A stretch of DNA of 64,000 nucleotides, from assembly GCA_035494735.1 (NCBI GenBank), contig DATJGS010000037.1:81637-145636 (forward strand). The letters run 5' to 3'. This document shows, piece by piece, positions 56,942 to 64,000 of this stretch. The stretch's first letter is position 1; the number at the start of each line of letters is the position of its first letter. This stretch comes from Candidatus Saccharimonadaceae bacterium (lineage in GTDB: Bacteria > Eisenbacteria > RBG-16-71-46). The position numbers were made by a program, and so were the translations under genes. Under the pieces are notes generated by a model. The model worked only from the letters and a program-made list of their open reading frames with translations, had not been told where the DNA came from and did no database searches.

Positions 56942-57898
56942 ATGAAGCGCTTCCTCGGTCGCCTCGCCGCGTTCGTCGCGATTCAGATCGTGATCGCCGC
57001 TGCCGTGTTCGCGCTCTATCACCCGAGCCCGCAGAACATCATGGCGAGCACGATCGACAAGCATCGGCTGCTCGACGAGACGCCGTCGCCCCGGCTCGTC
57101 CTGATCGGCGGCTCGAGCGTGCTGTTTGGAACCATCTCCGACACGCTGGCCACGCGGCTTCCGTACCACCCCGTCAACATGAGCATCGCCGCGGGGCTCG
57201 GCGCCGGCTTCATGCTCAACGAGGCGCGCGACGGGCTCCGGCCCGGCGATGTTGCGTTGGTGTCGATCGAATACGAGGAGTTCGGCATCACCGGACGACC
57301 CGAGACCGTGCTGCGACTCTTGTCGTCGCGGCCGCAAAGCGTGCGGTACGTGCCGCTCGACTACTGGCCAGCGATCCTCGACTTCGGCCTGTCGTACACC
57401 GGGATCATCGTGCGGTCATCGGTCGGGGGTTTGCACGGCCGCCAGGAACCGCTGATCCCACCGAACGTGCGCTTCGCCCTGAACACGTTTGGCGACGACT
57501 CGCTGCGGCCGCCGACTCCCAAGGTGCCGCCGGTCGGAATCGCCGTCTACGCGGATGGACGGCTCCCGTCGCACTTCGGTGCGGTGCTCGAGCAGATCAA
57601 TCGGTTCGCCGACTTCTGCAGAGCCCGAGGCGTGCGCGCTTATTTCATCCATCCGCCCGTGCCCGAAACGCGTTGGCGACTGCACGCGCCGGAGATCGCG
57701 CTGGCCGAGTCGGTGTTCGTGAAGCGCATGCGGATGCCGCTGCTCGACACGCAGGACGGCGTCATCTTCCCCGACCGCCTGTTCTACGACACCGAGTATC
57801 ACCTGACTGCCGAGGGCGCGGCACTGCGCACGCAGATGCTCGTGAAGGAGCTCGGCTCGCGCCTGGCCGCGGATGGAGTGACGGCTTCCGGTCATTGA
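56942..57898 (+). CDS. Membrane-anchored accessory protein for the MBOAT (AlgJ/AlgX/DltD-like, SGNH-like).
   Basis: N-terminal TM helix and a periplasmic domain; gene order after MBOAT is typical of glycan O-acylation pairs. Confidence 0.55.
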   Translation: MKRFLGRLAAFVAIQIVIAAAVFALYHPSPQNIMASTIDKHRLLDETPSPRLVLIGGSSVLFGTISDTLATRLPYHPVNMSIAAGLGAGFMLNEARDGLRPGDVALVSIEYEEFGITGRPETVLRLLSSRPQSVRYVPLDYWPAILDFGLSYTGIIVRSSVGGLHGRQEPLIPPNVRFALNTFGDDSLRPPTPKVPPVGIAVYADGRLPSHFGAVLEQINRFADFCRARGVRAYFIHPPVPETRWRLHAPEIALAESVFVKRMRMPLLDTQDGVIFPDRLFYDTEYHLTAEGAALRTQMLVKELGSRLAADGVTASGH

Positions 57899-57957
57899 TT
57901 CGCGAGCAGAACCATCTTCCTACGACCGCGGAAGGGTCCGGGTCCGGGTCCGGCTCC

Positions 57958-58623
57958 CTAATTCAGCTCCCCACCTCTCGGGTCCTCGCGCTGTGGCCCT
58001 TCGCGGAGTCGGCGCTCGACCATGTCGCGCACGCGGTGGCCGCGGTCGATCACGCTGTCCAGGGCGAGCAGTTCGAGCTTGCGGCGCGCGTTGACGGCGA
58101 GGCCCATGCACACCGCGTTGACGAGCGCTTCGTACGTGAGCCCGTCGCCGAATGGCGGCGTCGGGCGCACTTCGCCGGCGCGCGCCTCCGCGTTTGCCCA
58201 GCGCGCGCACACGTCGAGCAGCGCGCGGCGCTCGATCTGGACGAGCGGATCGTCCTCGGTCAGGGGATCGCACGGCAGGATGCGCACGGGTGCGGCGCGG
58301 TACGGGTACTCGCGCACCGGGCGCTCGAAGCGCACGCGCGAGACGCCGAGCAACTTCAGGTCGTAGCAGTCGTCGGGCAGCCAGCGCACGTCCTCGAAAC
58401 GCGCCAGGCAGCCGAGTCGGTAGAACTCGGGGCTGCCGTGGTAATCGCGCTCCCAGCCGGGCTTCAGCATGGCCATGGCGATGAGACGCTCGCCGGACAG
58501 CGCGTCGCGCACCATCGCCCGGTAGCGCAATTCGAAGATGTGGAGCGGCACGACCGTGTGCGGGAACAGGACGAAGTTCGGCAGGGGAAAGATCGGCACC
58601 GGTGCCTTCGGCGGTTCGATCAT
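57958..58623 (-). CDS. LON N-terminal substrate-binding domain protein.
   Basis: LON_N pattern PLFPL...VLFP. Confidence 0.75.
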   Translation of the reverse strand: MIEPPKAPVPIFPLPNFVLFPHTVVPLHIFELRYRAMVRDALSGERLIAMAMLKPGWERDYHGSPEFYRLGCLARFEDVRWLPDDCYDLKLLGVSRVRFERPVREYPYRAAPVRILPCDPLTEDDPLVQIERRALLDVCARWANAEARAGEVRPTPPFGDGLTYEALVNAVCMGLAVNARRKLELLALDSVIDRGHRVRDMVERRLREGPQREDPRGGELN

Positions 58624-58671
58624 GCTGCGCCCCTCGTGCCCCGCGGCTCCCGGGCGCCGGCGCAGGACACC

Positions 58672-59151
58672 TCAGTCGTCCGCGACGAACTCCAGCAGAT
58701 CCTGAATGTGCCCGTCGACCTTCACCTTGGGATAGATCTGCGCGATGCGTCCGGTCTTGTCGACGACGAACGTCGTGCGCTCGATTCCCATGTACTTCTT
58801 GCCGTACAGATTCTTCTGTTTGTACACGCCGAACATCTTGGACACCGTCGCGTCTTCGTCCACGAGCAGCGGAAACGGCAGTTTGTGCTTCGTGATGAAG
58901 TGCTGGTGCGATTCGAGATTGTCGGTCGATACGCCGAGGATCACCGTGTTGTGCTTCTCGAACTCCGCCGTGTGATCGCGGAAGTCGCACGCCTCGCGCG
59001 TGCAGCCGGGCGTCTCGTCCTTCGGATAGAAGTAGAGGATGACGGTCTTCTTCCCCTTGTATTGCTTGAGCGAGATGTTCTCGCCCGTCGTCGACGGCAG
59101 CGTGAAATCCGGCGCAGGTCTGCCGATGATCGGCAACAGGCTGATTGCCAT
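58672..59151 (-). CDS. bcp: Peroxiredoxin, Bcp/PrxQ type.
   Basis: FTLPSTTGE...YFYPKDETPGCTREAC peroxidatic Cys motif. Confidence 0.9.
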   Translation of the reverse strand: MAISLLPIIGRPAPDFTLPSTTGENISLKQYKGKKTVILYFYPKDETPGCTREACDFRDHTAEFEKHNTVILGVSTDNLESHQHFITKHKLPFPLLVDEDATVSKMFGVYKQKNLYGKKYMGIERTTFVVDKTGRIAQIYPKVKVDGHIQDLLEFVADD

Positions 59152-59229
59152 GCATCCTCCGAAAGCGGTGCCGGGCCCCTCTCGGGGCCCGGCGTCGAGG
59201 GGCGGCCGACCGCCCCGGAACGAACCGAA

Positions 59230-59847
59230 CTACTTGCTATGGACCGCCGACATGGCGAGCGCGCGCTCGAGATTCTGCTCGACCACGCCCCAGTCCAGAT
59301 TGTTGAAGAACGCCTCGATGTACTTGGCCCGCAGGCGGCCGTAGTCCAGCCAGTACGCGTGCTCGTACACGTCGAGCGCCAGGATCGGCGTGGCGTTCCA
59401 CAGCGGGAACGTGTTCTGCGCGTCGCCGACCACCGTCGTCAGCGTGTTCCAGTCGTGATCGTAGGCGAGCCACACCCAGCCGCGCGCCGCGATGCCGGAG
59501 GCCTTGAAGTCCGCGAGCCACGCGTCATAGGACGGGAAATCGCGCTTGATCAGCTCGGCGGTCTTGGCGCCGGGCGCCCCGCCCTTGCCGCCCAGGTGCG
59601 CGAAGTACAACTCGTGATTCTTGACGCCGCCGGTCGCGAACGACAGGTCCACGCGCAGCGCGCGCAGGTCGCTGTAGATCTGGTTCGCGCTCGCGCGATC
59701 GACGTTCGCGAGCTTCTCCTGGATCTCGTTCGTCTTGCCGACGTAGCCCTTGTACAACTCGTAGTGCTCTTCCATGGTGCGCTGCGAAATGCCGTTCAGC
59801 TCGCGGATCGACGCGAACTTGCGGGCTTCGAGTTTCGGGAAGGGCAT
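59230..59847 (-). CDS. Fe/Mn superoxide dismutase.
   Basis: DVYEHAYWLDY metal-ligand region and an N-terminal helical hairpin. Confidence 0.9.
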   Translation of the reverse strand: MPFPKLEARKFASIRELNGISQRTMEEHYELYKGYVGKTNEIQEKLANVDRASANQIYSDLRALRVDLSFATGGVKNHELYFAHLGGKGGAPGAKTAELIKRDFPSYDAWLADFKASGIAARGWVWLAYDHDWNTLTTVVGDAQNTFPLWNATPILALDVYEHAYWLDYGRLRAKYIEAFFNNLDWGVVEQNLERALAMSAVHSK

Positions 59848-59946
59848 GACCGACCTCCTGCTGGAAAGACGCGGGCCGCTCGAGGGTCCGCATCGAGGGA
59901 TGTGCGGTGGGAACGAGCCGAAGGTAGCCCCCGCTCCCGAGCACTG

Positions 59947-60447
59947 TCAACCGCTGGACTTGGGTCGCGCGCGCACGCCGCGCGCGCTCGTAATGCGTCC
60001 CGTGCGCACCGAATCGAGCAGCGCCTCGAGACGTCCGCCGCTGATCTCGCAGCTCATGTCCGAGGCCTTGCACCCGGCGAGCGTGTAGCCGCAACCGCAC
60101 GTGCAATGCTGCGCGTTCGCATAGCGCAGGAACAATTCCTTCTGACGCCCGGGCAGCCCGCCGAGATCCATGCCGCGCACCTCGTCGAGCCAGCGATTCT
60201 TGTATGCGGTCGAGTCGATGGTTGCTCCCGTCGCGCGGCGCGCGGCGCCCAGCGCCTGATCGATCGGGGCGTCGCTGCTCGTGTCCGGCATGGCCGCGAC
60301 GGGCGGCGCGGACGCGCTCGAGACCTGAGCCGCGGTGGGCGTGCGGCGCCACGACACGTACCAGGCGGCGAGGCCGAGAATGAACAGGCCGAGCACCGCG
60401 AGGGCGATGATGTGGACGCGGCCGTCCTGCCGAGAGCGCGGGAACAT
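59947..60447 (-). CDS. Single-pass membrane protein with a C-terminal Cys cluster (HCTCGCGYTLAGC...C).
   Basis: TM helix and a Cys-rich extracytoplasmic domain; unknown family. Confidence 0.5.
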   Translation of the reverse strand: MFPRSRQDGRVHIIALAVLGLFILGLAAWYVSWRRTPTAAQVSSASAPPVAAMPDTSSDAPIDQALGAARRATGATIDSTAYKNRWLDEVRGMDLGGLPGRQKELFLRYANAQHCTCGCGYTLAGCKASDMSCEISGGRLEALLDSVRTGRITSARGVRARPKSSG

Positions 60448-60594
60448 GGCGCCCAGTCTAGGCGGAGCGGCGCGCCGGCGCCACGCGGGCGTGGCCGCGC
60501 AAGCGCCGCGGGTCGCGCCATCGCGTTGACCGAGCGGCGTCCCGCCTCCTAGGATTCGGCCATGTCATCCCGAACCCCCTCCCTCGGAGAGAAC

Positions 60595-61167
60595 ATGTCC
60601 TGGATTCGATCGGTGCCCCCTGAACAGGCGACCGGTCCGCTCAAGGCGCTGTACGCGCGCATCGCGGAACGCTCGCCGAACGGCCGGGTGAGCGCGCTGT
60701 GGCAGGCGTGCGGGCTCGACCCCACGCCTCTCGAAGGCCGCTTCGCCCACTACAGCGGCATCATGGACGATCCGACGCCGCTGACCCGCGCGCAGGCCGA
60801 AATGGTGGCCGTCGTGGTGTCGGCGACGAACGGCTGCGGCTACATGGTCGCGCAGGCCGGGCCACGCCTCGCCGCGGCGCTCGGCGACGAGACACTGGCG
60901 CGCGCCATCGCGCTCGACTATCGCGAGGCGAACATCGCGGCGCGCGACCGCGTGCTGCTGGACTTCGCGGTGGCGCTGTCGTGCGAACCGGGCGAGCGCA
61001 CACAGGCCGACGTCGAGCGGCTGCGCGAATACGGCTTCGACGACCAGGCGATCCTGCGGCTCACCGGGATGGCGGGGCTCATCTGCGCGGTGAATCGCGT
61101 CGCGAGCGGGCTCGGCGTCGAGCTGGAGCCCGACATGACGCCGTGGGAGTACGGGGCGCAGAAGTAG
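60595..61167 (+). CDS. Carboxymuconolactone decarboxylase/AhpD-like peroxidase-related enzyme.
   Basis: MSWI... N-terminus typical of the peroxidase-related subfamily; CMD fold. Confidence 0.7.
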   Translation: MSWIRSVPPEQATGPLKALYARIAERSPNGRVSALWQACGLDPTPLEGRFAHYSGIMDDPTPLTRAQAEMVAVVVSATNGCGYMVAQAGPRLAAALGDETLARAIALDYREANIAARDRVLLDFAVALSCEPGERTQADVERLREYGFDDQAILRLTGMAGLICAVNRVASGLGVELEPDMTPWEYGAQK

Positions 61168-61180
61168 TCGCGGCGATTTC

Positions 61181-61879
61181 CTACCAGCCGCCGGCGATCA
61201 GCTCGCGGGTCTCCTCGACCGCGACGCGCCACAGCGCGAACACGTCGTCGTCCGGGCGCTGGTAACGCCCGCCGAAATTGCCGTCGCCGAGATAGGCGCG
61301 CGTCGCCGCCGGATCGAGCGCGCCGAGCTTCGCGAGATCGACCATCGGCTTCTGCGCGTCGGGCGACTTGGCGCCGGCGAGGCGCGTCCACGGGAAGTTC
61401 TCCATCCACGACGCGTGCGACGCGACCGGGTCGATCTCCTGCACCTTCTGCCACACCTTGGGCGCGTTCCACCAGTTGTGCAGCTTGACCGTGACACCCG
61501 GCCGCTCGCCCATCCATTCCGCGATCCCCGAGGCGATGGGCTGGTTGCCGCCGTGCCCGTTGACCACGAGCACGCGCTTGAAGCCGCTGCCGGCAAGGCT
61601 GTCGAGCGCGTCACGTACGACCGCGAGCAGCGTCTCGACGCGCAGCGACACGGTGCCGGGATACGCGCGGAAGCGCGGCGTGATGCCGTAGGCGATCACC
61701 GGGAACACGGGCACCGAGAGCGGCTCGGCGGCCTCGACGGCGACGCGCTCGGCCAGGATGCTGTCGGTCGCGAGGCTCAGGAACGCGTGCTGCTCGGTGC
61801 AGCCGATGGGCAGCACGGCGCGGTCGTCGCGCGCGAGGTACTGCTCGACCTGCATCCAGTTCAGCGTGGCGACGTGCAT
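61181..61879 (-). CDS. Creatininase-family amidohydrolase.
   Basis: Creatinine amidohydrolase-like motifs (EQH...GHGGN); start at MHVATLNW. Confidence 0.75.
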   Translation of the reverse strand: MHVATLNWMQVEQYLARDDRAVLPIGCTEQHAFLSLATDSILAERVAVEAAEPLSVPVFPVIAYGITPRFRAYPGTVSLRVETLLAVVRDALDSLAGSGFKRVLVVNGHGGNQPIASGIAEWMGERPGVTVKLHNWWNAPKVWQKVQEIDPVASHASWMENFPWTRLAGAKSPDAQKPMVDLAKLGALDPAATRAYLGDGNFGGRYQRPDDDVFALWRVAVEETRELIAGGW

Positions 61880-61934
61880 GCGCGCATTCTCGGCGAAACG
61901 CGGAGGCTTCCGCAATCGACGGTCTCGCGGACCC

Positions 61935-63182
61935 CTAACGGGCGACGATCGCCTCTTTGTAGATCGCGAGCAGGCCGTTGACGTGCGCGGCCGGATTCGC
62001 GACGCGACGCACGCGCTCGGAGCCGGCCGTCGCCCAACGCGGCGCCGCGGCATCGGCGAGCGCGCGGCGCGCGCCGGCAGCGAAGCCGGCGGCGTCGCCG
62101 GGCTCGGCGAGGAGCCCGGTCACTTCGTGCTCGACGAGCTCCGGGATGGCGCCGATGCGCGCGGCGACGACCGGGCGCGATTCGAGCAGCGCTTCGGCGG
62201 CGGCGTAGCAGAAGTGCTCGTAGAAGCGCGACGGCACGAGCACGACCGCGGCCCGCGCGCGCAGGCGCGCGAGTTGTTCGTCGCTCAAGTGACCGAACAC
62301 GTGCAGCGACGGCGTGCGGCGCGCGGCGTCCTCGAGCGACGCGCGCAACGGCCCGTCGCCGGCCACGAGCAGCGGCGTGTCGCCGAGCGCGGCCGCGATC
62401 CCCGGCAACAGCGCGACGCCCTTCTCCTCCGACAGCCGCCCCGAGAACAACGCGAACGGGCGATCGGCCACGGGCGCGACGGCGTCCCCGCCATCCGAAA
62501 CCGGCGTGCGTTCCAGACCGTGCGGGAGCAGGCGCACTCGCGCGTCGGGCAGCCCCCACGCGCGCGCCTTCTCCTCGACGAAGCGCGACGGCGCGATCCA
62601 CAACTTCACGTGCCGGTACGCGCCGAGCGCCTCGTGCAGATACGCCTCGACCGTGCCGACGACGCTCTTCGCGCGCGAGCCCTGCACGCACCCGGTTGCG
62701 GCCGCGTGCCAGTGCCCGCCGCCTCGACAGCGCTCGCACGGCGCGCCGTGCGCGTACAGGATGCGATTCGTGCACCACGGTTTGAAGTCGTGGAGCGTCA
62801 TCACCGTCGGCACGCCCGCGCGCTCGAGAGGCCTGAGGATCGACGGCGTGAGATAGCGGCTCGGCGCGTGCAGGTGCGCGACGTCGGGCTTGAACGCCGC
62901 GAGCGTCGTTTCCATCGCGCGCTCGGCCGGTCGCGACCACAGGGCGTTCGGCAGATGGCGCAGTTGAGCGCCGAGCGCGCCGCCCTCGGTGAAGTCCACG
63001 GCCGGCGCGAACGAATCGGCGGTCGGGCTCGGCAGGTTGCGCGGGTCTTTCGTTGCCAGATGCGCGACTTCGTGCCCCGCCTCGGTCAGCCAGCGCGATT
63101 CGTCGAGGTAGGTGCGCTCGACGCCGCCCTTCAAGTAGTGGAACGCGTTGACCAGGAGGACGCGCAACGGGGCTCTCCGCAC
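61935..63182 (-). CDS. GT4-family glycosyltransferase.
   Basis: GT-B fold and an E...E C-terminal motif region. Confidence 0.85.
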   Translation of the reverse strand: MRRAPLRVLLVNAFHYLKGGVERTYLDESRWLTEAGHEVAHLATKDPRNLPSPTADSFAPAVDFTEGGALGAQLRHLPNALWSRPAERAMETTLAAFKPDVAHLHAPSRYLTPSILRPLERAGVPTVMTLHDFKPWCTNRILYAHGAPCERCRGGGHWHAAATGCVQGSRAKSVVGTVEAYLHEALGAYRHVKLWIAPSRFVEEKARAWGLPDARVRLLPHGLERTPVSDGGDAVAPVADRPFALFSGRLSEEKGVALLPGIAAALGDTPLLVAGDGPLRASLEDAARRTPSLHVFGHLSDEQLARLRARAAVVLVPSRFYEHFCYAAAEALLESRPVVAARIGAIPELVEHEVTGLLAEPGDAAGFAAGARRALADAAAPRWATAGSERVRRVANPAAHVNGLLAIYKEAIVAR

Positions 63183-63291
63183 GTTGGAGGCGCTCGAGGG
63201 GCGGCCGCCCCGCCCGGAGCGCCGAGCACACTAGCACACGCGCCAATTGCGGCCGCGGACCCCCGCAGGCTATGATTTCCCTCGCGCGATC

Positions 63292-64000
63292 ATGCTCCCC
63301 CGCTCCGGCATCGGCTTCCTACTGGGCTTGAGTCTGGCCCTCTCAGCGACCTCCATCAACGCCGCATCGATGGAGGCGAATTTGGTGCACGATTCGGTGG
63401 ATTTCCCATCGACCATTCGCTTCGCGCCCGATGGCCGGATGTTCATGCTCGAGACTTTTACCGGTCGCGTCATGGTCTATGCGGACTCCCTCGCGGACAC
63501 GGCGTCCGTGTGGGCCACACTGCCCGTGTATTCGAACGGCGAGCGCGGCTTGCTCGGCATGGCGTTCCACCCGCAGTTTCCGGATTCGCCGTTCGTCTAC
63601 CTGTTCCACACGAATCCGTCGCCGCTCGAGAACCGCATGGTGCGCATGCGCGACTCCTCGGGGGTCGGCGTCGACTATACGATCCTGGTGGGCGGTCTCT
63701 CGGCTTTCTCGTCGACGCATCAGGGGGGCCGCATCGCGTTCGGCCCGGACCGAATGTTGTATTTCAGCCTCGGCGATCAATTGGGACCGTACGCGTCGCA
63801 GGATCTGTCCGTGCCGTACGGCAAGATCCAGCGCGTCACGACGACTGGCCGCCCCGCGCCCGGCAATCCCTTCGGGCCGAGCAGTCCAGCCGTGACGCTG
63901 GGGAATCGCAACGATTTTGGACTGTGCTTCGATCCGCTCACGGGTCAGGGCTACTTCACCGAGAACGGCCCCGACTGTGACGACGAGTTGAACTTCCTCC
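63292..64000 (+). CDS. PQQ-dependent sugar dehydrogenase (glucose/sorbosone dehydrogenase family), 3' end truncated by the window edge.
   Basis: Signal peptide and GSDH N-terminal motifs (HDSVDFP...FAPDGRMF...GERGLLGMAFHPQF). Confidence 0.75.
   Translation, partial: MLPRSGIGFLLGLSLALSATSINAASMEANLVHDSVDFPSTIRFAPDGRMFMLETFTGRVMVYADSLADTASVWATLPVYSNGERGLLGMAFHPQFPDSPFVYLFHTNPSPLENRMVRMRDSSGVGVDYTILVGGLSAFSSTHQGGRIAFGPDRMLYFSLGDQLGPYASQDLSVPYGKIQRVTTTGRPAPGNPFGPSSPAVTLGNRNDFGLCFDPLTGQGYFTENGPDCDDELNFL

Noticed and set aside
1-64000. Searched for rRNA, tRNA, tmRNA, integrase, transposase and cas signatures.
   Set aside because: None were recognised by eye. An Infernal or tRNAscan run would be needed to exclude small RNAs formally.

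Overview
The window is a 64 kb stretch of very GC-rich (about 70%) bacterial chromosome, densely coding, with no rRNA, tRNA, CRISPR array or obvious mobile element. Four proteins end in the same C-terminal sorting-type domain, and together with a clade II nitrous-oxide reductase cluster and a Fibrobacteres-like palindromic operator this points to a Gemmatimonadota-like organism in the Fibrobacteres-Chlorobi-Bacteroidetes group. That placement is inference from the sequence alone.

Contents in order:
- lysC (aspartate kinase), divergent from a CapA-like metallophosphatase.
- A secreted BNR/Asp-box beta-propeller with a T9SS-type C-terminal domain.
- The HU gene with a strong terminator, followed by an unusual C-rich inverted repeat.
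- An ABC-2 exporter coupled to a membrane-anchored thioredoxin.
- A YfhO-like membrane protein.
- Two paralogous alpha/beta hydrolases flanking a Pro-rich/TPR membrane protein.
- A candidate SOS-regulated module: palindromic operator, a small 83-aa ORF, a Y-family polymerase, and dnaE2 3 kb further on.
- A minus-strand operon of ferredoxin, HD hydrolase and membrane protein.
- A MacAB-like efflux operon.
- A PQQ-type sugar dehydrogenase with a T9SS tail.
- A complete clade II nos cluster: Crp/Fnr regulator, hemerythrin, cytochrome c, nosZ-B-D-F-L, an extra cupredoxin-like gene, nosY.
- trxB, ETF-QO, queG, and a moaD-GNAT-moaE operon.
- A CPBP protease, an MBL-fold hydrolase, and a tyrosine phenol-lyase/tryptophanase.
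- A 600 bp lower-GC spacer carrying an orphan terminator.
- A large FG-GAP T9SS-tailed protein with atypical codon usage, plus an MBOAT/AlgJ-like acylation pair.
- An oxidative-stress cluster (Lon N-terminal domain, Bcp, SOD, Cys-rich membrane protein, AhpD-like).
- A creatininase, a GT4 glycosyltransferase, and a second partial sugar dehydrogenase at the window edge.

The most interesting candidates are the LexA-box-like operator with its small ORF and DinB/DnaE2 neighbourhood, the extra cupredoxin-like gene and regulatory sites in the nos cluster, the orphan terminator and spacer upstream of the FG-GAP module, and the structured C-rich repeat after HU.

Near 48060 the displayed sequence and the ORF table appear to differ by one nucleotide, so coordinates there are +/-1. 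Throughout, long R/A/G-rich antisense ORFs were treated as artefacts of the high GC content.
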